Shown in pieces: positions 29,489-39,200 of a stretch of DNA of 64,000 bases. The DNA is from an uncultured Actinomycetes bacterium (GTDB lineage Bacteria; Actinomycetota; Thermoleophilia; UBA2241), in assembly GCA_963725665.1 (NCBI GenBank), contig CAVRZA010000001.1:288001-352000 (forward strand), read 5' to 3'. Position 1 is the first letter of the stretch. Each line of letters opens with the position of its first letter. Below the pieces are notes generated by a model, which made no database searches, was not told the origin of the DNA, and worked only from the letters and a program-made list of their open reading frames with translations. Made by a program: the position numbers and the translations under genes.

Positions 29489-30310
29489 CTATGCCAGGCC
29501 CAGCCGGCGCAGGTCGTCCTCGTCGAGGCCGAAGTAGTGCGCCGTCTCATGGATGACGGTGACGCGGATCTGCTCGGCGATGTCCTCGGGCCGGCCGGCG
29601 TAGCGCTCGATGTTGCGCCGGAAGAGCAGGATCACGCCGCTCGCCGGACGACCCAGCGTCGAGCCGTGCGGCAGGGGGATGCCGGTGAAGAGCCCCAGGA
29701 TGCGCGGGTCGGTGCCGTCGAGCACCATCTCGCGCGAGGGGCGCTCGTGGACGACCACCGGGACGTTCCCCAGCTGATCGAGGAGCTCCCGTGGGAGCTC
29801 GTCGAGCGCAGCGCGGGCGATGCGCTCGAACTCCTCCTCGGTGAGCACCGGCCGGCGCGGGTCCATCGCCTCGTCGAGCCGCATCACGGCCAGGTTCTCG
29901 CGGATCTGCCCGGCCTGGTCGCCCTTGAGCTGCAACGCCTCGCTGAGCAGGTCGCGCGCGTCGGCCTCCTCGTCGGCCGCCATGTCGTAGTTGGAGAGGG
30001 CGTCGCGCAGGAGCCTGATGGCCGACTTCGTGTCGTCGGCGAAGTCGAGGTAGACCTCGGCCGCGCGCACGAGAGGCATCGGGTCGGTCGGATCGGCCTC
30101 CATCCAGCGCTCGAAGGCGTCGAGGGCGTCGTCGGGGTTCTCGTCGGCCAGCGCGATCTCGGCCTCGACCTCGATGACGGCGGGGTCGGCGGGGGCGGCG
30201 GCCTGGGCGCTCTCGAGCGCCCGCGCCGCCGCCCCCGCGTCGCCCTCCTCCAGGAAGGCCCAGGCATCTTCTATAGCGCGCTCGGCGCGCTTGCGGTCGG
30301 CGTCGTTCAC
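29489..30310 (-). CDS. Zincin-like metallopeptidase (DUF1025 type) with N-terminal TPR-like region
   Basis: F......ALD.LP.......NV.V.V...P, LGLF.G.P, I.LFRRNI, TV.HETAHYFG.D...L; helical A/E/D-rich N-terminus. Confidence 0.8.
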   Translation of the reverse strand: MNDADRKRAERAIEDAWAFLEEGDAGAAARALESAQAAAPADPAVIEVEAEIALADENPDDALDAFERWMEADPTDPMPLVRAAEVYLDFADDTKSAIRLLRDALSNYDMAADEEADARDLLSEALQLKGDQAGQIRENLAVMRLDEAMDPRRPVLTEEEFERIARAALDELPRELLDQLGNVPVVVHERPSREMVLDGTDPRILGLFTGIPLPHGSTLGRPASGVILLFRRNIERYAGRPEDIAEQIRVTVIHETAHYFGLDEDDLRRLGLA

Positions 30311-30418
30311 AGCGCCTGACTATACCCGAAAAGCCGGTCCCGGCTTCGAGGACCATGCCGGCGAGGTCGAGAGAGGGGGCGGCCTTGAGGAGGCGTCGCG
30401 ATGCCACGCGCCGTGTGT

Positions 30419-30800
30419 TCAGCCGACCCAGCCCTGGCCGTTCCAGTAGGCGCAGATCCTCTTGCCACGCCCGCAGAGTACGAGCTCGAGGGTCTTCGGC
30501 CACCATGTCCGGTCGGCCTCGAGCTGCAGGTCGAAACCCCGCACGCGCAGTCGACGAAAGAAGAGGCCCTGCTTCTGCGGACGCTCGGTGGCGGCCTCCA
30601 GCAACGCCGTGCGAAAGAGCCCCCACCCATGGATCGACACCCACACGTAGAGGTCGCCGCCGCCTTTGGCGACGAAGCGCCGGACATCGGGGGCGGCTAC
30701 GACGTCGATCGCCGCCAGCTCGTTGGTGATCTCGAGCTCGCCTGTGTCTGCGCGCTGCGAAGCCGGAACGTTCGCCTCCTGTGGGTCGGGACCGATCCAG
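30419..30800 (-). CDS. Hypothetical protein (start uncertain)
   Basis: Globular-looking C-terminal ~110 aa (V..F....GG.LYVW ... P..L.L ... AYWNG..W). No clear start codon. Confidence 0.4.
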
Positions 30801-31077
30801 CTGCGATGTGGGCGCGCAAGCATTGTTCCGCATTGCCGGCTGTCCGAACATGCGACGAGCCTCGTGTCCCATGTCTCCGTGCTGCGCCGTCGGCGCCGGG
30901 CCTGCCCTGACGGTCTCGCCTGCAGGCTTCGTCCTCCCGTTCGCGCTCTGTATAGTGTCCAGTGGCCCTCACCGAGGACGCCGCGCCGGCCTCCTCTGAA
31001 ACACGACGACACGGAGACCGCATGGAGACGCAGCCCGGAGCGACCGGACGAGACGAGGAGCGCAGAGGGACAGAAGA

Positions 31078-34000
31078 GTGACGAGGACGGCGGTGAGCAA
31101 GGCGGCGGCGAAGGCGACGGCGGCGGGCAAGACGCCGAGTGCGCCGAGATCTGCGAGGGCGTCGGCGAGCGGCCCGCGGCCGCTCGCCGGCGCCCTCGCC
31201 GTGGGCGTCGATCTGGGCAAGGTCACGACCTCGCTGGCCGTCGGCCGCGTCGCCGCCGACGGCTCGGTCGAGCTCGTCGAGACGATCGTCGAGCGCCACT
31301 GCGGCGAGCCGCTGCGTCCCTTCGTTGAGCTCTACGGGCGCCTGCTGGCGGGCGACGGGTCCGATGCGGCTGACGGCGCTTCTCGCCTCATCAAGGTCGT
31401 CGCGACCGGCGCCTACAGCGACCGCCTTGGCCCGCCGGTGCTCGCCGGCGTGCCCGAGGAGATCGCGCAGGAGCACGCCGCGCGCGCCCTCTTCGGAGAC
31501 GAGGGCGCGCTCAACGTCGTGCGCATCGGCGGCAGCGGCTACTCGGTGCTCACGCGCACTGCTGCCGGACGCGTCCGCTACGAGCCCAATGAGCGCTGCT
31601 CGGCCGGCACCGGCGAGACGATCGAGGGCCTCTGCACGCGCCTTGGCAGCTCGCTGGCGCGGGCCGTCGAGCTCGCGCAGGCGAGCCCCGACGCGATCGT
31701 CGTCACCAGCCGCTGCGCCGTGTTCGCCAAGAGCGAACTCACACACTACGCCAACGAGGGCGAGGACCACGGACGCATCTTCCGCGGCGTCTTCGAGAGT
31801 GTGGCGCGCAACGTGCACGCCCTCTACGACAAGGTGAAGGTCGACGGTCCCGTGGTCGTGGTCGGCAACGGCGCCCTGATCGGCCCCGTGGTCGAGGCCT
31901 TCTCGCGCCTCGCCGGGGTGAGCGTCATCGTGCCGCCGGAGGCCGGGTACTTCGAGGCGCTGGGAGCGCTGCGCTACGGCGCGGCGGATCTCGCGCCACG
32001 CGACACGGCAGAGAGCCCCCCCGTCTGGCCGGCCGACCCCGAGAGCCTGGTGCGGCGCTCGCCGCGTCGCATCCGCGCGCTGACGCCGGCGGCGGAGGGA
32101 GGAGGCTCCGTTGTCTGGCTAGACAACGGAGCCGCCGCACGCGTCGTGGGCAGCGCGACCCCGGCAGTCCTCGGACTCGACCTCGGGTCGACCGGCTCCA
32201 AGGCCGTCTTCCTCGACCCTCGCAAGGGCGAGCCGCTGGCAGACGTGTACCGGCGCACCGAGGGCAACCCCGTGGAGGCGGCGAAGGCCCTCGTCGCGGA
32301 GCTGCTCGAGCGCTCCCCCGTCGATGTGGCTGCGATCGGCGTCACAGGCTCTGGTCGCGACGCCGTCGCGACCGTCCTCCGCGCCGCCTACCCCGACCTT
32401 GGCGCGCGCCTCACGGTCCTCAATGAGATCGTGGCCCACGCCGCGGCCGCTGTGCGGATCGACCCCGACGGCGGCGCGAGCCTCTCGATCGTGGAGATCG
32501 GCGGCCAGGACTCCAAGTTCATCAACGTGCGCGACGGACGCGTGGTCGAGTCCGACATGAACCGGGTGTGCAGCGCCGGCACGGGATCCTTTCTCGAGGA
32601 GCAGGCGATCGCGTTCGGTCTCGACGACATCGCCCGGTTCGGCGAGTTCGCGGCGCGCTCCGAGCGGCCGCCCGACCTGGGACAAACGTGCACCGTCTTC
32701 GTGGCCGACGTGGCCGCCGAAGCGCTGGCCGAGGGCTACAGCCGCGACGACATCTTCGCCGGGCTGCAGTACTCGGTGATCCGCAACTACAAGGGCCGCG
32801 TGATGGGCGACCGGCGGTTCTTCGAGCGCGTCTTCTTCCAGGGCAAGCCGGCCAGCAACCCGTCGCTGGCGCGCACGCTCGCCGCCGTGACGGAGCGCGA
32901 GGTCGTCGTGCCGGAGAATCCGGGAGCCATGGGCGCCATCGGCATCGCGTTGCTGGCGGGCCGGGCCGCGGGGTTGAGCGAGGACGGCAACGGACGAGCC
33001 GTGCGCGACTCAACTGCGGGTGTACGAGTTGTGAGCACCGAGCCGCCGATCGACCTCGAAGGCTTCCTCTCGGCACGCGTCGCGGAGCGACGCGAGTGGC
33101 GCTGCGGCGATCGCCAGTGCAGCAACTTCTGTCGCCTCGAGACGGCGACCGTCGAGGTCAACGGCGACAGGCGCAAGATCGTCAGCGGTGGCACCTGCCC
33201 CAAGTACGACGCTGTCTCGGAAGGTGGGGTGAAGCTGCCCAAGGACGCGCCCAACGCCTTCCGCGAGCGCGAGGAGCTGCTGGGGGAGATGCTGCGGGAG
33301 GCTGCCGCGGCGCGGGCAGCAAGTGGGCCGGCGGACGCTGTCGAGGCAGAGGGACGGGAGATCGCCCTGCGGGTGGCCGTGCCGCAGGCGCACTACCTGA
33401 TCGACTTCCTGCCGTTCTTCGCCACGTTCTTCGCCCAGCTCGGTCACGAGGTCGAGGTGCTCAAGCCGAGCGACGCGGCGCTGGCCGACGGGGACCGGCG
33501 CTGCACGGCCGCCGGCGCGTGCGCGCCGGTCAAGATGGCCCACGGCCTGGTGACCCCCGATGCCGACGTGATCTTCACGCCCAAGTTCGTGCACGCGCCG
33601 TACCCGAACGCCGGCGCCGGCACCTTCACCTGTCCGCTGGCGCAGGGCACGCCCGAGCTGGTGGAGAGCGCCCTTCGCGCGGAGGGCAACGAGGTGCGCG
33701 TGCTGCGCCCCGTGTTCATGCGCAAGGATGGGGAGGACCTGGGGTCGGTCTCGTTCGTGCGCGAGCTGCTGCGCTGCGCGCAGCAGCTCGCGCACGAACG
33801 CCGCGCTCACCTGGTGCCGCGCTTCGTGCGCGCCTACCGCACGGCGCTGGCGGCGCAGCGGCGCTACGAGCGCGGCCTGCGCGCGATCGGCGAGCGCTCG
33901 CTCGCCTACGCACGCGCGCAGGGGTATCCCGTGGTGCTCATGGCCGGTGAGACGCACGTGGTGCACGATCCGGTGCTCAACTCCGGGATCCACGACCTGG

Positions 34001-35886
34001 TGGCGGCCAACGGTGCTCTGGCCGTGCCGGTCGACTGCTATCCCGTGCCAGACTCGGTGCCGCCGCTGGCGCGCGTGCACTGGGCGGCCGCGAGCAGCAC
34101 GCTGCGCGCCGCCATCGCCGCGAGGCGGGCCGGCGACGTCTACCCGCTGCTGCTGGGCGCCTACGGGTGCGGTCCCAACTCGTTCGTCGAGCACCTCTTC
34201 AACGACCTGCTCGCCGATCATCCGCACACCGTGCTCGAAAGCGACGGACACGGCGGCAAGGCCGGTTACGTGACGCGCGTGCAGGCGTTCCTGCACGCCG
34301 TGCGCTCGCATCGTGAGGAGGAAACGGTGCGAGCCGGGCGCTCGTTGGGGGAGCAGAGGGTCCGGGCCGGGGTGGAGGGCAGTGAAGAGACGCTGCTGCG
34401 CATCGAACGGGCTGCGGCAGAGAAGCGTCTCGCGCGCTACGACGTCCCCGTGCCGCGCAGGCTGCAAGGCAACGAGCACCGCAAGATGTACTTCGGCAAC
34501 GTCGGCGGCGCGCTCGGGCGCCAGCTTGCGGCCGCCATGCGCGGCGCCGGGCTCGACGTGGAGTTCGTAGGGGCGACCGACGCCGAGGCCCTGCAACGGG
34601 CGCGCGACGTGTGCTCGGGCAAGGAGTGCCTGCCCTACCAGCTCATCTGGGGGACCCTGGCGCGCTTTCTCGAGGAGCACGAGGCGGACGTTGCCGGTGA
34701 CAGCTCGGGGAGCGACGGTCCCCGCGCCGGCGACGGCTCGGGCGACGGGTCCGGTAACGGCGGCTCCGGCGACGGCCGACGGTCCGGGAGCGGCAACGGC
34801 AACGACGGCGACCTGCCGCTCTTCATCAGCATCGGGCGCGGCTTCCAGGCCTGTCGGGCCAACGTCTTCCCGACGACGCAGGAGATCGGCCTTGCCGGCC
34901 TGGGCCTCGGCGACCGTGTCGAGGTGGCCGACTTCACGCTGCTCTTCCAGGACTGGACCCTCACCGGGGTGGTATGGGCCGCCATGGTGGCCGTCGACCT
35001 GCTCAACGCGATGCGCTTCTACCGCTACGCGACCGAGCCCGAGCGGGGCGACGCCGACCGCGTCTTTGAGGAGTACGCCGACCGGCTCGAGGAGCTGCTC
35101 GCGCGGCCGCGCCGGGACGGCGCGGCCGCGCGCAACGGCGCTGGCCTGCTCACGCGGGCGAGGCGAAACGTGGCCGAGATCCGCACCGCGCTGGCCGAGG
35201 TCGAAGAGCTCGTGGCAGACGCGGCGCGCACCTTCGCCCGCCTCGCGGACGGCTCGCCTGACCGCCGCGACCTACGCGACGTCTTCCTCTGCGGCGACAT
35301 CTACCTGCGCGTCGACGAGTGGGGCAACGACGACCTGCAGCGCAAGCTCGCCGACCAGGGCCTGCGTCCCATCATGGAACCCTTCGGCGAGTTCTTCGAG
35401 CTCCTCTGCCTGCGCGACGTACAGGTGCACGGCTACACGTCGCGCAAGGGACTGGAGCGGGCGGCGGCGCTGCGCATCATGCGCTACATCGTCGGCGGTT
35501 TGCTGACCGCCGCACGCCGGCACGAGCCGTGGCTCTTCTGGCACGACGTCGGCGATGTGCAGGACGCGAGCCGCGAGCTCTTCGACGGCGTCCCGTTCGG
35601 CGAGTCGATCCCCACCATCGGCGGCGCCCTGCACACGTGGCGCAGCGAGCCGATCGACGGCGTTGTCGTAGTGAGCCCGCGCGGATGCGGTCCGGCGCTC
35701 GTCTCGGAGGCGCAGCTCCGCCGCCACGGCGAGCTGCCCCTCCTCTTCGTCTACAACGATGGCGACCCCATCGACGAGGCGCGCCTGGCCGGTTTCGCGT
35801 GGCGCCTGCGCGCCACGCCGAGCCGGCGGCCATCTCCGCCCTCGCGGGCAATGGTCGGTTTTTCACAAGTTCACGAAGGGCACTAA
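31078..35886 (+). CDS. Fused acyl-CoA dehydratase activase (2x BcrAD/BadFG ATPase) plus DUF2229/HgdD-like domains; PlsAR/Ger-like
   Basis: GVDLG, NERCSAGTG, SRCAVFAKSE; GLDLGSTGSK, TGSGR, EI.AH, EIGGQDSK, MNRVCSAGTGSFLEEQ, CTVF; C...C.N.C, GG.CPKY, CAPVK.AHG, CP, GCGPNS, GKECLP, CR, P.GCGP. Confidence 0.85.
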   Translation: MTRTAVSKAAAKATAAGKTPSAPRSARASASGPRPLAGALAVGVDLGKVTTSLAVGRVAADGSVELVETIVERHCGEPLRPFVELYGRLLAGDGSDAADGASRLIKVVATGAYSDRLGPPVLAGVPEEIAQEHAARALFGDEGALNVVRIGGSGYSVLTRTAAGRVRYEPNERCSAGTGETIEGLCTRLGSSLARAVELAQASPDAIVVTSRCAVFAKSELTHYANEGEDHGRIFRGVFESVARNVHALYDKVKVDGPVVVVGNGALIGPVVEAFSRLAGVSVIVPPEAGYFEALGALRYGAADLAPRDTAESPPVWPADPESLVRRSPRRIRALTPAAEGGGSVVWLDNGAAARVVGSATPAVLGLDLGSTGSKAVFLDPRKGEPLADVYRRTEGNPVEAAKALVAELLERSPVDVAAIGVTGSGRDAVATVLRAAYPDLGARLTVLNEIVAHAAAAVRIDPDGGASLSIVEIGGQDSKFINVRDGRVVESDMNRVCSAGTGSFLEEQAIAFGLDDIARFGEFAARSERPPDLGQTCTVFVADVAAEALAEGYSRDDIFAGLQYSVIRNYKGRVMGDRRFFERVFFQGKPASNPSLARTLAAVTEREVVVPENPGAMGAIGIALLAGRAAGLSEDGNGRAVRDSTAGVRVVSTEPPIDLEGFLSARVAERREWRCGDRQCSNFCRLETATVEVNGDRRKIVSGGTCPKYDAVSEGGVKLPKDAPNAFREREELLGEMLREAAAARAASGPADAVEAEGREIALRVAVPQAHYLIDFLPFFATFFAQLGHEVEVLKPSDAALADGDRRCTAAGACAPVKMAHGLVTPDADVIFTPKFVHAPYPNAGAGTFTCPLAQGTPELVESALRAEGNEVRVLRPVFMRKDGEDLGSVSFVRELLRCAQQLAHERRAHLVPRFVRAYRTALAAQRRYERGLRAIGERSLAYARAQGYPVVLMAGETHVVHDPVLNSGIHDLVAANGALAVPVDCYPVPDSVPPLARVHWAAASSTLRAAIAARRAGDVYPLLLGAYGCGPNSFVEHLFNDLLADHPHTVLESDGHGGKAGYVTRVQAFLHAVRSHREEETVRAGRSLGEQRVRAGVEGSEETLLRIERAAAEKRLARYDVPVPRRLQGNEHRKMYFGNVGGALGRQLAAAMRGAGLDVEFVGATDAEALQRARDVCSGKECLPYQLIWGTLARFLEEHEADVAGDSSGSDGPRAGDGSGDGSGNGGSGDGRRSGSGNGNDGDLPLFISIGRGFQACRANVFPTTQEIGLAGLGLGDRVEVADFTLLFQDWTLTGVVWAAMVAVDLLNAMRFYRYATEPERGDADRVFEEYADRLEELLARPRRDGAAARNGAGLLTRARRNVAEIRTALAEVEELVADAARTFARLADGSPDRRDLRDVFLCGDIYLRVDEWGNDDLQRKLADQGLRPIMEPFGEFFELLCLRDVQVHGYTSRKGLERAAALRIMRYIVGGLLTAARRHEPWLFWHDVGDVQDASRELFDGVPFGESIPTIGGALHTWRSEPIDGVVVVSPRGCGPALVSEAQLRRHGELPLLFVYNDGDPIDEARLAGFAWRLRATPSRRPSPPSRAMVGFSQVHEGH

Positions 35887-36004
35887 GGCCATAAGGGCGT
35901 GGATCGCTCCCGTCTGAGGCATATGGTCCGAGGGGCAGGCCCCCGGCCGACAAACGGGCCGAGGGAGTGATCTCCTCGGTGTGACAAACGAACCGAGGCA
36001 TGGG

Positions 36005-36907
36005 ATGAGTGCTCCGATACTGGTCACGGGTGCCACCGGCAAGGTCGGCGGCGCGATGGTGAAACGGCTGCTGGCGGCCGGCGCGCACGTGCGGGCCGCC
36101 GCGCACTACCCCGACAGGGGGGCTGCCGACCGGCACGACCCGGTCGACTGGGTCGAGATCGACTTCAACCGGCGCGACTCGCTGGCGCCGGCCTTCCGCG
36201 GCGTCGAGAAGGCAGTGCTGATCACGCCCGAGGACGTGGCCATGGTGTGCCAGACGGCAGAGCTCCTCGATGCCGCTCGTGCCGCGGGCGTATCACAGGT
36301 GCTGCGCGTATCGTTCCTGAACGCGGCCGACGACGGTGCCGGCGGGCCTCTGCTCGCGTGGCATCGCGAGGCCGAGAAGCTGGTCGAGGAGTCGGGCATC
36401 TCGTACACGATCCTGCGTCCCAACTCCTACATGCAGAACTTCGTTACCACCTACTCGCCGAGCATCCACCTGAAGGACGCCTTCTTCACGCCCATGGGGA
36501 AGGGGCGGATCAGCTACGTCGATGCGCTCGACGTCGGCGACGTGGCGGTCGAGGTGCTGCTGGGCGGCGGCCACGAGGGCAAGGTCTTCTCGCTCACCGG
36601 GCCCGACTCGCTCTCACATGATGAGATAGCGGATATCCTGAGTCGCGAGGTGGGCCGGCCGATCCGCTACGTCGACGTGGGCGAGGACGACGCCTGCAAC
36701 GCGTTGCACCGACGCGGCGTCTCACCGGAGCTGACCGCCGTGCTATGTGAGCTGTGGCTCGACATGCGGCGCGACAAGTTCGCGCCGCTGGCCGACGGTG
36801 TGGAAGAGGTCATCGGTCGCAAGCCGACGTCGTTCGAGCAGTTCGCGCGCGACCACAAGGCCGAGTTCAGCCTCTCGCCGCTGATCAAGACCAGCCCGGC
36901 TCGCTAG
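36005..36907 (+). CDS. NmrA-like / atypical SDR NAD(P)H-binding protein
   Basis: ILVTGATGKVG, H...E....SGI.YTILRPN.YMQN, VDA.DV, LTGP..LS, G..P.SFEQF. Confidence 0.88.
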   Translation: MSAPILVTGATGKVGGAMVKRLLAAGAHVRAAAHYPDRGAADRHDPVDWVEIDFNRRDSLAPAFRGVEKAVLITPEDVAMVCQTAELLDAARAAGVSQVLRVSFLNAADDGAGGPLLAWHREAEKLVEESGISYTILRPNSYMQNFVTTYSPSIHLKDAFFTPMGKGRISYVDALDVGDVAVEVLLGGGHEGKVFSLTGPDSLSHDEIADILSREVGRPIRYVDVGEDDACNALHRRGVSPELTAVLCELWLDMRRDKFAPLADGVEEVIGRKPTSFEQFARDHKAEFSLSPLIKTSPAR

Positions 36908-38244
36908 TCTCGGACCGGGTACTCAAGCGCGTACTCGGGCTCGGCGGCGTAGCCGGGCGCGAGGCCGAAGCGGTCGACGTCGGCGCAGCTGCGGGCGCCC
37001 TCCGTGTCGGCGACGCAGCTCCACTCGTGGCGCAGCGTGGGGGCGGCGGCGGCGAGGCCGGCGAGGGCGACGCCGCCGCCCAAGGCGAAGATCCAGCCGC
37101 CGATCATGTCGTAGAGGATAGGCGCCGTCAGCGTACCCAGGAGCGCGGTTAGCTGCATGGCCGTCTGCTCGGCGCCCTGGATCGTCCCCAGCCAGCGCGG
37201 CGGGCTCACCTGCACGAGGAACGCCTGCTTGGCGGGGAACGCCACGGCGAAAGCTGCGCCGCCCACGAGCATGGCCACGAGGTAGGCGCCGAGGTCGTGT
37301 GTGAGCGAGAAGACGAACCAGCTCGCGCCGACGATCGCGAAGCCGCCCACCATCAGCCTGAAGCGGCTGTAGCGGTCGGCGATGCCGCCGCCGACGAACG
37401 CGAAGACCATGGGCACGCTGAACGCGATCCAGGTGAGGCCGACGACCGTCATCGAGGCGCCGATGTCGCGCAGCCAGATGCTCCAGATGACCTCCCAGGC
37501 GCCCATGGCGAACTCGGCCGCCGCCACGACGGCGATGATGGCGACCACGGGTCGCGTGAGCAGCCGTCGCAGCGGCGGCCGCTTGCGCGGCGCGCTCTGG
37601 CGCCGGGCGCGCGCTCGCACCGGCTCGCGCAGGAAGAGCAGCAGAACGAGGGCCACTGCCGCCGTGAGCGCCGCCCCGAAGATGAAGATGGTGTAGAAGG
37701 CCCAGGCGCCCTGGCCGCCGCCGAGCGCGTAAAGGGGCCAGGCGAGGGCCGGTCCGATGATGAGGCCGCCGAACTGCGCCGAGGTCAGCCAGCCATAGGC
37801 GCGGCTGCGGTTCTCGTTGCTCGTGATGTCGGCGACGAACGCTTGCGCGGCCGGGACCACCGCAGCCGCGCCCATCCCCTCGATGAGGCGGAAGACGACG
37901 AACCAGCCGGGCTGGGTGGTGGTGACGAAGAGCGCCGTGGCCACCGCGTAGAGCACCGTCCCCAAGATGATCATCGGCTTGCGTCCCACCCGGTCGCTTA
38001 GGTGCCCGAACCACGACGAGAAGGCGAAGACGCCGACGAAGTAGGCGGCGGCGATCAGACCGATGAGGCTCAGCGAGGCGTGGGTCTGCTCCTTGAGGAA
38101 CACCGGCAGGTAGGGGAAGATGGCTCCCGCCCCGAGCCACACCGTGAAGTCGGTGCCGGCAATGAGGGCAAGCTGCGCCCGTCCCTTGGCCAGGCCAGAG
38201 GGGAGCGGAGCGTGCTCATGCGCCGGTGTCGGCAGTGCGCTCAT
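36904..38244 (-). CDS. MFS transporter (DHA1/TetA-like)
   Basis: About 12 TM segments; G.LSDRVGRK motif A, RLIEG.G, GLIIGPA. Confidence 0.88.
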   Translation of the reverse strand: MSALPTPAHEHAPLPSGLAKGRAQLALIAGTDFTVWLGAGAIFPYLPVFLKEQTHASLSLIGLIAAAYFVGVFAFSSWFGHLSDRVGRKPMIILGTVLYAVATALFVTTTQPGWFVVFRLIEGMGAAAVVPAAQAFVADITSNENRSRAYGWLTSAQFGGLIIGPALAWPLYALGGGQGAWAFYTIFIFGAALTAAVALVLLLFLREPVRARARRQSAPRKRPPLRRLLTRPVVAIIAVVAAAEFAMGAWEVIWSIWLRDIGASMTVVGLTWIAFSVPMVFAFVGGGIADRYSRFRLMVGGFAIVGASWFVFSLTHDLGAYLVAMLVGGAAFAVAFPAKQAFLVQVSPPRWLGTIQGAEQTAMQLTALLGTLTAPILYDMIGGWIFALGGGVALAGLAAAAPTLRHEWSCVADTEGARSCADVDRFGLAPGYAAEPEYALEYPVRD

Positions 38245-38410
38245 CTTTCCGTTGGGATTCGTGTCGGACGCCGGCCGTGGGATACGACATCGACTTCCCG
38301 GTGTGTCTGGGTCGGCTTCTCTGTCTCTACCCGGCGGTGAAATCCGCCAATCCCGCCGGACGCGGGCGGGTAGCGCAGCGGCCCTCACCTTGGCCGCCCC
38401 TGGCCGCTGT

Positions 38411-39196
38411 CTAGGCTCGATCCTCCGCGATCGTCCGCACGAGGAGCGGCAGGACCTCGCCGCCGGGTCCCTGCAAGAAGGCGTGCGCCATGCCTGCAAG
38501 CTCGTCGGGCTCCGGGTTGACGTCGATGAGGAAGTCGCCCGACTGCAGTGCCAGCAGCGGCATCGAGGCCGCCGGCTGTACAACCCCGGAGGTGCCGACC
38601 ACGAGCATCACGTCGCAGCGTCGCGCGACATCGAGGGCGCGCGTTATCGCCTCGTGAGGGAGCTGCTCCCCGAACCAGACCACGTCGGGGCGGATGAGGT
38701 CGCCGCACTTGGGGCAGCGAGGCGGCTCCGCCGCCTCGCTGCCCGACAGGTCGTCCCACGTGAACCCTGTGTGACGCTCGCCCAGGCACTTGAAGCGGGC
38801 CGCGCTGCCGTGCAGCTCGATGACGTCGCCCGACCCGGCGCGCTGGTGCAGCCCGTCGATGTTCTGCGTCACCACGATCACGGAGGGCACGTGGCGCTCG
38901 AGCTCCGCCAGCGCCACGTGCCCCGGGTTCGGCTGCGCCTCGCGCAGCTTGCCGAAGCGCTCGCGGTACCAGCGCCACACGAACGCTGGGTCGCGCAGGT
39001 AGGCCTCGCGCGTGGCGAGGTCCATCGGGTCGTACTGGGCCCAAAGCCCTTCGCCGGGGTCTCGAAAGGTCGCGATGCCGGACTCTTTCGAGACCCCGGC
39101 CCCGGTGAAGACGACCACGCGCTGTGCGCTCCCCACGCGGTCGGCCGCCCGGCGCAGGTCGCGGTCGAACCGCTCATCGGAATACATCCCGCCCAT
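38411..39196 (-). CDS. cobB: NAD-dependent protein deacylase, sirtuin class III
   Basis: TGAGVSKESGI.TFR, WYRER (YxxR), TQNIDGLH.RAG, ELHGS, RPDVVWFGE, VGTS..V.PAA. Confidence 0.92.
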   Translation of the reverse strand: MGGMYSDERFDRDLRRAADRVGSAQRVVVFTGAGVSKESGIATFRDPGEGLWAQYDPMDLATREAYLRDPAFVWRWYRERFGKLREAQPNPGHVALAELERHVPSVIVVTQNIDGLHQRAGSGDVIELHGSAARFKCLGERHTGFTWDDLSGSEAAEPPRCPKCGDLIRPDVVWFGEQLPHEAITRALDVARRCDVMLVVGTSGVVQPAASMPLLALQSGDFLIDVNPEPDELAGMAHAFLQGPGGEVLPLLVRTIAEDRA

Positions 39197-39200
39197 GGGA

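Noticed and set aside
38411-39196. Sir2 as an anti-phage defence effector
   Set aside because: It is a canonical stand-alone class III CobB with no HerA, TIR, pAgo or other defence neighbours.
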